Under the pieces are notes generated by a model. That model was not told the DNA's origin. It saw only the letters and a list, made by a program, of their open reading frames with translations, and made no database searches. Shown here one piece after another: positions 1 through 9,220 of a stretch of 64,000 bases of DNA (position 1 is the first letter of the stretch; each line of letters starts with the position of its first letter). The position numbers and the translations under genes were made by a program. This stretch comes from a virus, in the IMG/VR virus record IMGVR_UViG_3300026097_000013, positions 32,001 through 96,000 of that record; one strand, 5' to 3'.

Positions 1-675
1 TGTAAAGTTTGTAGGTTCGCTGTTTGCTCCTACATCGCCGTTGCCATAAAACACCGCTTCATATGCAAATGTTATTGTATGTTCTACCATGCCTGCGCCT
101 TCGGCATATGCTACATCGCCGTGATTCCATTGTGACAACATTGGATTGACTAGAGTATATCTATTCCATTTGTTTTTGCCCATTTGGTATATGTGAATAT
201 ACTTAAAGAAGCCTTTATTTTCTCTATGAGATTTTGTGTTTAATCCGTAGTTAGAAGGAGCACCAGAATGATATTTATCACGTTGTTCGTAACTGCCGTC
301 TGAATCAGTATGTCTGCCGTCTTCTATATAATATTGATAATATTCTGTAAGCATACTTCTTACACTGCCTACATTATCGTCCCATAGACGCATTTGCACA
401 TCTTGATAATCGATTCTAGTCTGCATATTCTTTTTACGATTATATTGTTGTTTGTTTTCTAAATTAACTCTAAATGCAGGCAAATCTGTACTATTAACTA
501 GCATTGCTATTTCTTTAGAAAATGCATCTGTATTTGGTTTTGACGGATCAGGAACATCTTGATGCGGGACAAATACTACATGATAAAGGTATTTGACTTT
601 TGGACTAAATGCATGTCCAAAGTTGCTATAAAATTGGTTGGCGTGGCGCCAGTCTCTAAGATGTAGTATACTCAT
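1..675 (-). CDS. Tail-tube-fold protein (tube initiator / gp48-gp54-like), truncated at the window edge
   Basis: Not in the ORF track. Manual translation from ATG at 675 gives an open frame to base 1: MSILHLRDWRHANQFYSNFGHAFSPKVKYLYHVVF...VNSTDLPAFRVNLENKQQYNRKKNMQTRIDYQDVQMRLWDDN...YTLVNPMLSQWNHGDVAYAEGAGMVEHTITFAYEAVFY. The spacing of motifs parallels the adjacent tube protein. Confidence 0.7.
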   Translation of the reverse strand, partial: MSILHLRDWRHANQFYSNFGHAFSPKVKYLYHVVFVPHQDVPDPSKPNTDAFSKEIAMLVNSTDLPAFRVNLENKQQYNRKKNMQTRIDYQDVQMRLWDDNVGSVRSMLTEYYQYYIEDGRHTDSDGSYEQRDKYHSGAPSNYGLNTKSHRENKGFFKYIHIYQMGKNKWNRYTLVNPMLSQWNHGDVAYAEGAGMVEHTITFAYEAVFYGNGDVGANSEPTNFT

Positions 676-710
676 AGTAATATTTATCTTTATATATTAT
701 GTGTATATAT

Positions 711-746
711 AAAGAAAAGCAAGAGCCGAGACTCTTGCTTTCTTTT
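711..746 (-). terminator. Intrinsic terminator after the tail tube gene
   Basis: Inverted repeat GCAAGAG/CTCTTGC extended by A/T arms, with T-rich runs on both strands. Confidence 0.75.
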
Positions 747-775
747 TGAAATAGACTACCAATCTAACTAAAATA

Positions 776-1423
776 TTAGTCTGTTGATAGTGTTCCGCCG
801 ACGTCACCTGCTGTGAATCTTGTTTCTTCAGATCCAACGCCTGTGCGTGTGTCACCGTTCTCACCAAACTGAATTGCGTTATCATAACGAATAGATAGTG
901 TAGTAGTAACAGCATCACTTGTTGCGTATGCTAATGTGTTGTAGTTTGCACTTTCAAGATAGCATCCAACTAGCGTGTAGTTGTCAACAACATTTGCGCC
1001 GTTTGCGCCGTTGCCGCCGTCTAGTATTTCGATGATTGTTTTAAACTTATAAGAACCACCTGATACAGCACTTGACTGCTCGAAGAAATCAAACTGCTTC
1101 TGTAGCTGTTTACCAACCATCTTCTGTACGTTATTATTTGCATCTTCACGTAGAGTAAGAGTAATTGGTTCCCATGTGTGCTTACCAGCTAGGTAAGTTC
1201 TTGAGTTATATGCGTCTAATGTCATTTGTTCAAATGAAACATTTGGACGAGTTACGTCAACAACTTGACGTGTTAGTTCTTTTAGGCCATCGCCTGTATC
1301 CGGTCCGCCGAAGCCTTCAAATAGCACTCTAAAGCGATATTGTAGCTTTGGCATTAGAAGGTTAGCATTGCTGTTTGCGCCTTCGTTAGGTACCGAAATA
1401 TTCTGTAGTGTTGTGATTGGCAT
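776..1423 (-). CDS. gp19: Tail tube protein (T4 gp19-like)
   Basis: 215 aa directly downstream of the sheath gene; tube-type pattern RQVVDVTRPNVSFE...YLAGKHTWEPITLTLRED...TTTLSIRYD. Confidence 0.85.
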   Translation of the reverse strand: MPITTLQNISVPNEGANSNANLLMPKLQYRFRVLFEGFGGPDTGDGLKELTRQVVDVTRPNVSFEQMTLDAYNSRTYLAGKHTWEPITLTLREDANNNVQKMVGKQLQKQFDFFEQSSAVSGGSYKFKTIIEILDGGNGANGANVVDNYTLVGCYLESANYNTLAYATSDAVTTTLSIRYDNAIQFGENGDTRTGVGSEETRFTAGDVGGTLSTD

Positions 1424-1457
1424 TCTAATCTCCTGTTACATTAATATTTATGCCACT

Positions 1458-1483
1458 ATAGGCTGGGTGTTATCCCAGCCTAT
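1458..1483 (-). terminator. Hairpin between sheath and tube genes (terminator or processing site)
   Basis: Perfect 10-bp stem ATAGGCTGGG/CCCAGCCTAT with a 6-nt loop; the U-tract is weak. Confidence 0.55.
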
Positions 1484-1498
1484 TATGTGCGCATATTA

Positions 1499-4400
1499 TT
1501 AGCCAAGTGCTGCAATTTCGCCTGTGTTCTTAATTCTCAATGGAATGTAAATAAACTCGATTGCTTTAACTGGTTCGATAGCAATATCTAACCAAAGCTC
1601 ATTACGATCAATTCTTGCCGGTGTGTTGTTAGTTTCGTCACACACAACTAGGAAGTCATAAAGTGCTCTTAGCGTTACTAGTTCAAGTAGCAATGCATCT
1701 GCTGCTGCCTTGACTTGATCACGTGTGATCTTGTCGTTTGGCTCAAACAAATATGGTCTTGCTAGCTGCTCTAGTTGTACACGTAAGTAAACAACCAAAC
1801 GTGCTACATTTACTCTGTCTAGAGCACTTGCATTTCTTGCACGAGTTTTTTGTCCAAATACAACTAGTCCTGATCCGTTTAAGAACGTAATCGGGTTAAT
1901 ACTATTGCTGTATAATGTATCACGCTGTCCTGTGTTTAGAGCAACACTTTGGAATTCGCCTTCTGAAGTTACATAACCACTTGCTGTAGCATTAGTTACG
2001 CCGCCGCGTCTTGTACCTGCTGGTGCAAACCATGGATAAGCAACTTGGTCATTTAGAATGATTGTTCTAAGTGCCATGTGGCTCGGTGGTACAACAACAT
2101 TGTTACCTGCGTTATCGCTTGAGAATCCCCAACCCCAGTACATTGCTAGATATTCATCAAAGCTTACTGCACCGTCATCGTTGTCTTCAACTGCTAGTCT
2201 AACATTATTTGCCCATTCGTTAAGTGAAGTTGCATCTGGTGTTAGTCTTGCTGGAACATCTGCTACAACAAATGCTGTTAAACGTCTGTCATAGTTAAAT
2301 GATACCATTTCGCCAATTAGCTCAGGATAACCTGGGCATGCGATCAAGTTAAAGATACGTGATTCTTCGTCACGGATTTCTTGGTTGCTGTTGACTTCAG
2401 CTTGTAGAGCTGTAATAACAGTCTTACGCTGAGCTTTACGTCCAAATGTACCTGAACCGTCTTCTTCGTTTGGAGAAGCAGTAATCCAGCGGTGTGGGTA
2501 GTAATCTGCCATTGGTTCGTCTTCTAGTGAACCGCTGTTGCCGATTGCTTGGAAACGTCCGTTGTCGCCGTCTACATCAATGTAGTTACGAACAAACTTC
2601 TTAACGTTAAATCCGCTTCTGCGTGTGTTCCATAGCAACATACCTTTTGGATATAGTGCAGGATCTGGTGCATCTGGATCTAAGTAATCGCTTACTAATA
2701 GATCTGCAATTGGTGCTTCTACTGAATTTTCACCTGCATCACTCCAACGTGCATCTGCAAATAAGATACCGTTTTCTGTGGTTTGATCAGTTTTATCTAG
2801 TAGTACCCAGCTTTCTAGTAAGCCGTTATAACGATAAACATTACCATACTCTTCAACATCTGATGTATCAATCCAAAGATCGCCGTCAACTAATGGACTA
2901 TCGTCTGTTTGTGCAGTTGGTTCTGTAGCACTTACGATCGGACCTTCTGGGTTTGTATCTTGATACGCTGCACTAAAGTTTTGGTATCCTACCCAGTTAG
3001 AACCATCATGTATTAGCATGTCAACTTCGTCAACAATTGAGTTGTACCATAGTTCGCCGTCTGCTGTTAAGCTTAGTGGCTCATCGTCTGATGCTGTATA
3101 CGTTAGTGGTTTCCAGTTTGATGCAACAAAATCATGTGTTGCGTCACCTGTTGGTGCTGCATATAAGTTTGGAGTACCTGCGCCTGTAGTTTCGTTGAAC
3201 GCTGCAAATCCAAGTAAGTTTAGGGCGCCGTCGATGTCGTTGATACGGAAGTCGCCGCCTGTTTTATGCTGGATGATAAGTTTGTTTGCTGCATCAGTTA
3301 ATGCTACAACATTAGTAAATCCTGCTGCGTTAATTGCGCCTGCAATAGTTTTTGCATCTGAACTTGCTGCTGCTGCTGTAAATGATACAGTTTTAGGTTG
3401 TGCAAGTTCAGCTTCGCCTACTTTAGTTTCTCTAATATCAAATGTGTATGTAACACCATTTGTAAGTTGTGTTGAAACTTTGTCACTAGTAACACTTGTT
3501 GCTCCAGTTACAACTCTTCTATAAATTTTAAAGTTAGCAATTGGATACTCTTCTTCTTCAGCGTTTACTTTTACATAAACATCACCTGCTACTAAGTTGG
3601 CGCCGCCGCCTGAACGATCTAAGTCAAAGATAGCTGCTTCATTAGTAGTATGAAGTGGAGCACTTACACTATTCCATAGCTGTGTGTCGCTATTATATTG
3701 CTTAACACTAAATTCAGCACCACCGTTTGGAGTAGTTGTTTTAATCCAAATTGAACCTGTTGGTGCAGGATTAGTATCTGTGTCTTTAAATGCTGGAACT
3801 TGTGTGTGAGGTGCAATAGCTAGCCTTGGTGGACTATATGTCCCGTTAAGGATACCAGTACCGCCGTTGTCCGAACCTGCTAGTCCAGTTAACGATCCTG
3901 CTCCGCCGTCAATTTCAATATCAAACTCATTTGAGTAAATTTCAATAATTCCGTCTACAACTGCTGCTGCAACACCTGATACACTACCGTTGATTCCGTT
4001 GGCTAAATCTGTTACCGTTGTACCAGCAAGAACAATAGTTGCTGTTTCTTCTAGTACACCGCCATTGTAAGTAGTAATAACCATTTCGTCGCCATTGTTT
4101 AGCGTAGGATTAACAACCGTGCCGCGTACTGCTGGCCAGCTTGCTTTCCACTCAGGTGATCCAACTTCAACCCAACTTCCGGCATCGCCTGCTAGTGTGT
4201 TTGTGCCTGCTGTTTTGTACCATAAACGGTTCATTGTAGTTGTTGCGTCTACAGCATAATCGCCAATTTGACCAATTGATGTTACTGGTGCATCTGTAAC
4301 ATCGTCAATGTCTGAAGCTTCAGTAATTGCATAACGGAATTGAGTTGTAAAACTTTGTCCGCCGCGTGTAGTAATTGGTGCAGCATTCCACTCAAGAACA

Positions 4401-4834
4401 CCAAAGTTTGTTGTTTGTGTGTCTAGCCACCATGCACCGTCTGCTGGCTCGCCGCCTGGTGCTGTTGCACTTGCTGTTAGTTTTCCTAAGTCTAGATCAG
4501 CACGTACAATGTACGCTCTGTTACTTACACCTAGTACTGAATATGCTGTTTGTAGTCCATATTCGTTAAGCTCTCCTGCGTGTATCATATTTCCGTTTGC
4601 ATCGGAATAGAAAGTAGGATCGCCGAATAAGTCACCAAGCTCTCTTTGGCTGGTGATTAAATAAGGTCGACCAGCGTTTGCTTTTAGTGTACCTTGTGCA
4701 ACTCCGCTACCACTTGCTGATGTTTTATTTTCAGCCGTAGCAACAAAGATCATCGGTACAGTACCAGCTGCCGCCGGCGTGTAGAAAGATTCGTCAATTA
4801 CGTTTACTTCTACGCCTGGTGATACTAATGCCAT
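1499..4834 (-). CDS. gp18: Contractile tail sheath protein (T4 gp18-like) with a large inserted region
   Basis: N-terminus MALVSPGVEVNVIDES; sheath C-terminal domain YPWFAPAGTRRG...INPIT...VVFGQKT...ALDRVNVARL...LFEPND...VVCDETNNTPARIDRNEL..DIAIEPVKAIEFIYI. Confidence 0.95.
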   Translation of the reverse strand: MALVSPGVEVNVIDESFYTPAAAGTVPMIFVATAENKTSASGSGVAQGTLKANAGRPYLITSQRELGDLFGDPTFYSDANGNMIHAGELNEYGLQTAYSVLGVSNRAYIVRADLDLGKLTASATAPGGEPADGAWWLDTQTTNFGVLEWNAAPITTRGGQSFTTQFRYAITEASDIDDVTDAPVTSIGQIGDYAVDATTTMNRLWYKTAGTNTLAGDAGSWVEVGSPEWKASWPAVRGTVVNPTLNNGDEMVITTYNGGVLEETATIVLAGTTVTDLANGINGSVSGVAAAVVDGIIEIYSNEFDIEIDGGAGSLTGLAGSDNGGTGILNGTYSPPRLAIAPHTQVPAFKDTDTNPAPTGSIWIKTTTPNGGAEFSVKQYNSDTQLWNSVSAPLHTTNEAAIFDLDRSGGGANLVAGDVYVKVNAEEEEYPIANFKIYRRVVTGATSVTSDKVSTQLTNGVTYTFDIRETKVGEAELAQPKTVSFTAAAASSDAKTIAGAINAAGFTNVVALTDAANKLIIQHKTGGDFRINDIDGALNLLGFAAFNETTGAGTPNLYAAPTGDATHDFVASNWKPLTYTASDDEPLSLTADGELWYNSIVDEVDMLIHDGSNWVGYQNFSAAYQDTNPEGPIVSATEPTAQTDDSPLVDGDLWIDTSDVEEYGNVYRYNGLLESWVLLDKTDQTTENGILFADARWSDAGENSVEAPIADLLVSDYLDPDAPDPALYPKGMLLWNTRRSGFNVKKFVRNYIDVDGDNGRFQAIGNSGSLEDEPMADYYPHRWITASPNEEDGSGTFGRKAQRKTVITALQAEVNSNQEIRDEESRIFNLIACPGYPELIGEMVSFNYDRRLTAFVVADVPARLTPDATSLNEWANNVRLAVEDNDDGAVSFDEYLAMYWGWGFSSDNAGNNVVVPPSHMALRTIILNDQVAYPWFAPAGTRRGGVTNATASGYVTSEGEFQSVALNTGQRDTLYSNSINPITFLNGSGLVVFGQKTRARNASALDRVNVARLVVYLRVQLEQLARPYLFEPNDKITRDQVKAAADALLLELVTLRALYDFLVVCDETNNTPARIDRNELWLDIAIEPVKAIEFIYIPLRIKNTGEIAALG

Positions 4835-4943
4835 GTCATTTCTCCTGTTGGGTTATACATTCTAATTGTATTTATTATATCTAGCATAAAAAGAGGCTGA
4901 TAACACCACAAAAAAGGTACCGAAAAGGTGAGCTAAATACAAT

Positions 4944-5279
4944 ATGAGACCGTTATGCCAGTGCGGACAACGTCCAGCAGCAATAAACTACAAAAAAGGT
5001 AATAAAACTTATTATCGTAAGCTATGTGAAAGATGCTTGCGAAACGGAGAAGGACATGGCATACCTCTGTGGAAACAGGCAGGTTACGAAAAGAAAAACT
5101 ATTGCGAAAAGTGCAATTTTAAATCACCACATCCGGAACAATTTAATGTATTCCATATTGACGGAGATTTAAAGAATTGTCGTCCAACAAATCTAAAAAC
5201 TATTTGTGCTAATTGTCAAAGGATTATACAAAAAGAAGGAGTGCGTTGGAGACAAGGAGATCTTACTCCTGATTTTTAG
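4944..5279 (+). CDS. Small Zn-binding HNH-type endonuclease
   Basis: Several CxxC pairs plus HIDGDLKNCRPTNLKTICANC (HNH-like His...Asn core). Confidence 0.75.
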   Translation: MRPLCQCGQRPAAINYKKGNKTYYRKLCERCLRNGEGHGIPLWKQAGYEKKNYCEKCNFKSPHPEQFNVFHIDGDLKNCRPTNLKTICANCQRIIQKEGVRWRQGDLTPDF

Positions 5280-5788
5280 TAGGTGCTGTAAGGGTCGATA
5301 TAATTAATAAGCTGTCCTACATTAAACTCTAAGTCCTCTAAAGAACCATTATTATCAATAGTATAATCTGCCATCCATTGCTCGAGACTCATTGAGTTTT
5401 TACTTTCAGGAGGAAGATGATCTAATCTATCAACCCAAATAGCTTTGTCAAATACACCTGTATTTTTCATAGCAAAGAATTCACGTTTGTTACGCAAGCC
5501 GCAGTATATATCGTGTGCTTGAAATATTTCTCTACCTAGCGTAGCAGCATCGGGTACGTTATAGTCACAAATAGCTTCATACCATTCCTGCCTGTGATTA
5601 TGCCTGTCAGCATAGCACTCTTCTTCACTAGTGTAGCCGTACTTGTCTTTTAGATCATTATAGATAAACAACTTGCTACAGAACTTGCTGCTGCTTTCAA
5701 AACTATATCCGTACTTGTCTCGAAGAATTTCGCATACCGTATCTTTGCCGTGGCGGCCGTGACCTATGACTAACAATTTTAATTTCAT
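5276..5788 (-). CDS. Deoxynucleoside monophosphate kinase-like P-loop protein (T4 gp1-like)
   Basis: N-terminal LLVIGHGRHGKDT P-loop; C-terminal ADYTIDNNGSLEDL typical of phage dNMP kinases. Confidence 0.7.
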   Translation of the reverse strand: MKLKLLVIGHGRHGKDTVCEILRDKYGYSFESSSKFCSKLFIYNDLKDKYGYTSEEECYADRHNHRQEWYEAICDYNVPDAATLGREIFQAHDIYCGLRNKREFFAMKNTGVFDKAIWVDRLDHLPPESKNSMSLEQWMADYTIDNNGSLEDLEFNVGQLINYIDPYSTY

Positions 5789-5794
5789 AGTCGC

Positions 5795-5823
5795 AGTGTA
5801 ACAGATTTAAATTACTTTGTCAA
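5795..5823 (-). promoter_or_regulatory. Sigma70-type promoter for the kinase gene
   Basis: Minus strand TTGACA (5823-5818), 17 nt, TACACT (5800-5795) with an extended-10 TG; the ATG A is 7 nt downstream. Confidence 0.7.
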
Positions 5824-6578
5824 CCAATTAAAAAGCCATAGCCTGTTCCGCCTGGTACAGCCATTGCTACTTCATTTTCTAGTTTTTCCATTTCAGCTTG
5901 TGCTTCAGCTTTTAGAGTGTCGCCGTTAAGAGTTGATCCACCTTGTGGACCTGCAATAGTAGCAAACTTTGAACGTGCTTCGCCTAACATATATTTACAT
6001 GCTGCTAGTGTGTAGTCTTTGATCCATTGTTTTGCTAGATAGTCTTCCATTAGTTGGCTGTCTGGACGAAAGTTATAACACATTAACAATAGTTCTTCTT
6101 CTGCTCTAGGACGCTGTAATAGATTAAGTCTTTTAGTACTGCTGTTCCAGGTAAACTCAATAAAGCTACCGAACATTCTACCTACTAATTCTTGATGTTG
6201 TGCAAACAAATCATATGTTGCTAGTCCGCCCATTTTTGAACTAGATAGCAAATAAGTATTTGTATATGCTAAGTTAAATGGTTCAAACAAACTGCCGCCA
6301 TCGCCACCGCCGGTTCTTGAACCAATTGATCTACGAAATATCTTACGTACTTCCATTACTTCATTTGGCAATGTATATCCGTTTTGATCAATAACCGTTG
6401 GCATAAACACATAACTTTCTTCAACTGAGTTATCTGAACGTTGTCTAAAACGTGTTAGTGCCTTTGTAAGAGCAGTTTCGTAATGTACAGGGTCAAGTTC
6501 AACGTCAACCATGCCTCCACCTAAAAATGCATTTACATAGTCAAATATTTCTTGTTTCTGTGTTGCTAAATCTGCCAT
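5820..6578 (-). CDS. gp13: Neck protein (T4 gp13-like)
   Basis: IFDYVNAFLGGGMVDVELD start and WIKDYTLAACKYMLGEARSKF...LNGDTLKAEAQAEMEKLE end match gp13-family architecture; adjacent to gp14/gp15-like genes. Confidence 0.85.
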   Translation of the reverse strand: MADLATQKQEIFDYVNAFLGGGMVDVELDPVHYETALTKALTRFRQRSDNSVEESYVFMPTVIDQNGYTLPNEVMEVRKIFRRSIGSRTGGGDGGSLFEPFNLAYTNTYLLSSSKMGGLATYDLFAQHQELVGRMFGSFIEFTWNSSTKRLNLLQRPRAEEELLLMCYNFRPDSQLMEDYLAKQWIKDYTLAACKYMLGEARSKFATIAGPQGGSTLNGDTLKAEAQAEMEKLENEVAMAVPGGTGYGFLIG

Positions 6579-6639
6579 ATTGGTTCTCCAATAGTATTTA
6601 TCGTTACGCTAAATATGTATATCGAATAGGAGAACAGCT

Positions 6640-7800
6640 ATCCCTCGTCTTAGCTTATATAAACCAGAGCGCGGTAACGATTATCATTTTTTAGATCGAC
6701 AGATCCAAGAAATGTTTATTGTCGGCGGAACTGATATTAACATACACAAGTATCTAGGAACAGAAGCGCCCGGCGACGATGATCGAAGTGCTACACAACC
6801 TGAATACGATGCTGTAGCAGAAACAAATATTCAAGATTTATTATTCTTAGAAAACAGAGATCGCAAGTACGACCCTGACGTTTACAATACTAGAGCAATT
6901 TACAATGTACAAGACATAGACTTTGACCTAAGTCAGTTTGGTTTATTTCTAAGTAATGATACGTTATTTCTTACCGTACATATAAACAGCATTGTAAAAA
7001 CTATTGGTAGAAAACCTATCTCAGGCGATGTAATTGAATTGCCGCATTTAAAAGACGAATATGCTCTTAATGATCTTAGCATAGCACTAAAGAGGTTTTA
7101 TGTTATTGAAGATGTTAATCGTGCAGCAGAAGGCTTTTCGCAGACTTGGTATCCGCACTTATACAGACTTAAACTAAAGCAAATATACGATGGTCAAGAG
7201 TATGCAGAAATACTAGACTTGCCTGCAGAAGAGGGCAGTGATAATACGTTACGTGATCTACTATCAACTTACGAAAAAGAAATGCAGATTTCGGATGCAG
7301 TAGTTGCACAAGCAGAAGCCGATGCGCCTGAATCAGGATTTAATACTAGCCATTTCTATACCGTAAATACTAGAGACGATGGAAGTGTAGAACTTGCTAC
7401 GGTAGACGACGAAAATTTAGATGCAAGCGGTCTAAATACTGCTGATCAAACATACGGAAAACCCGACAGAGAAGGCTATACAGGCTATCTTGTAAATTAC
7501 GGAGATGCAACTACGCCAAACGGACATCCATTTGGGTTTGGTATACAATTTCCTAGAGATAATCAAAAGGGAGACTACTTTTTGCGCACAGACTTTTTAC
7601 CAAATAGAATGTTTCAGTATGACGGAACTAGATGGGTAAAAGTAGAAGATGATCTACGCATGTCACTAAGTAACACTCTAGAAAGACGAACATACAAAAC
7701 TACATTTATTAATAATACAAATACCAACGAAATCAATGGAGAAGTAGTTGAAGAAAGACAAAGTCTATCTAAAGCACTAAGACCTAAGGCAGATAATTAA
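6640..7800 (+). CDS. gp14: Neck protein (T4 gp14-like); probable start at ATC 6640 rather than ATG 6712
   Basis: Core FLENRDRKYD...DFDLSQFGLFLSND...GDVIELPHL...FYVIEDV...WYPHLYRLKL. The frame is open for 24 codons upstream of 6712 to an ATC preceded by AGGAGA at 6-nt spacing. Confidence 0.75.
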   Translation: MPRLSLYKPERGNDYHFLDRQIQEMFIVGGTDINIHKYLGTEAPGDDDRSATQPEYDAVAETNIQDLLFLENRDRKYDPDVYNTRAIYNVQDIDFDLSQFGLFLSNDTLFLTVHINSIVKTIGRKPISGDVIELPHLKDEYALNDLSIALKRFYVIEDVNRAAEGFSQTWYPHLYRLKLKQIYDGQEYAEILDLPAEEGSDNTLRDLLSTYEKEMQISDAVVAQAEADAPESGFNTSHFYTVNTRDDGSVELATVDDENLDASGLNTADQTYGKPDREGYTGYLVNYGDATTPNGHPFGFGIQFPRDNQKGDYFLRTDFLPNRMFQYDGTRWVKVEDDLRMSLSNTLERRTYKTTFINNTNTNEINGEVVEERQSLSKALRPKADN

Positions 7801-9212
7801 TGTTACATTTTTACGACGGACAAATAAGACGTTATACAACACAAATAATGCGCATACTATCTAACTTTCCTGTCAAAGACGGTAAGGGAAATACTAAAGA
7901 TGTGCCTGTATTATATGGCGATCTAACACGTCAAGTTGCTAATATTATTAGAGAAAATAGTGAAAACAAACTACCTAGTGCTCCTAGAATAAGTGTTTAT
8001 ATTACAGCACTTGAACTAGATAAAGACAGATTAACAGATGCTACATTTGTAGATAAAGTTAATATTAGAGAACGCGAATACGATGCTGAAGATCTTAAGT
8101 ACCTTAATACTCAAGGTAAGAATTATACGGTTGAACGTCTTATTCCAACACCGTATATTATGCGTGTTAATGCAGATATATGGGCAAGTAACACAGATCA
8201 AAAACTTCAATTGCTAGAGCAAATATTAGTATTATTCAACCCTAGTTTAGAAATGCAAACTACAGACAACTACATCGATTGGACTAGTGTTACTACTGTA
8301 AACTTAGAAAATGTACAATGGTCAAATAGAAGTATTCCTGTTGGAGTAGATACCGAAATTGATATTGCGACCCTTACGTTTAGTGTGCCTATATATATTT
8401 CGCCTCCGACTAAAGTTAAAAAGATGGGCGTTATTACAAATGTTATTACCAGTATGTTTGACGAAACTAGAGGAACAATCGAAAGTGGTGTTAGTAACCC
8501 TCAAGTTAATCAATGGGACGATTACCCCGAAACTGGTTCTGAAACAAATGAATTTGGTAAAAAGCCAAACACCGTACTTGGGCCTGAAATGGCAAATGTA
8601 AACTACAAAACATACGGAGTATATGTAGAAAGTAATACAGCACGTATTATTTCAAATGGCACCATTGGTGCTAAAAACTGGAGAGAAGTGTTCGAAGCTT
8701 TACCTGGAACATATAGAGCCGATTTGTCAAGAATTTATTTTAATAATTTAGATAACGATTCTGTAACCACTGGTACAATTACACTTAATCCGTTTGATGA
8801 AGGAATAATTAATATCAATTGGGACGAAGATAGTTTCCCACAAGATAGTATTGTTGCAGGACGCACAAGTATAGATTACATAATTGATCCTACTCGTTGG
8901 AACCCACTACAATACCTAACGCAAGGACTTCGTCTATTAATACTGGAAGATCTCGGCAATTCTGATGCAACTGAATATCCATATGCTTGGACAAATGCAG
9001 ACAATAGTCAGTTTGTTGCAAGTGCAAACGATATTATCGAATGGGATGGTGCTAAATGGAATATTGTATTTGATGCTAGTGAAACTACAGAAATTACTTA
9101 TACAACTAACTTAAACACAGGCATACAATATCGTTATAAAAACGGAGAATGGCTGTTAAGTGTAGAAGGCGATTACCCAATAGGTTCATGGAGAATCGAC
9201 CTCTACGGCTAA
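7800..9212 (+). CDS. gp15: Tail completion / sheath stabiliser (T4 gp15-like) with C-terminal extension
   Basis: HFYDGQIRRY...VPVLYGD...PSAPRISVYIT...PTPY...QLLEQILVLFNP matches the gp15 family. Confidence 0.85.
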   Translation: MLHFYDGQIRRYTTQIMRILSNFPVKDGKGNTKDVPVLYGDLTRQVANIIRENSENKLPSAPRISVYITALELDKDRLTDATFVDKVNIREREYDAEDLKYLNTQGKNYTVERLIPTPYIMRVNADIWASNTDQKLQLLEQILVLFNPSLEMQTTDNYIDWTSVTTVNLENVQWSNRSIPVGVDTEIDIATLTFSVPIYISPPTKVKKMGVITNVITSMFDETRGTIESGVSNPQVNQWDDYPETGSETNEFGKKPNTVLGPEMANVNYKTYGVYVESNTARIISNGTIGAKNWREVFEALPGTYRADLSRIYFNNLDNDSVTTGTITLNPFDEGIININWDEDSFPQDSIVAGRTSIDYIIDPTRWNPLQYLTQGLRLLILEDLGNSDATEYPYAWTNADNSQFVASANDIIEWDGAKWNIVFDASETTEITYTTNLNTGIQYRYKNGEWLLSVEGDYPIGSWRIDLYG

Positions 9213-9220
9213 TTATTTGT

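Noticed and set aside
6615-6629. Mini-ORF ATG TAT ATC GAA TAG overlapping the gp14 SD
   Set aside because: Its ATG overlaps the TAAATA promoter motif, so it is probably not in the transcript.
9149-9220. N-terminal extension of the Nudix ORF in the track
   Set aside because: It overlaps the gp15 3' end by 64 nt and looks non-protein-like; ATG 9221 gives a normal Nudix start.
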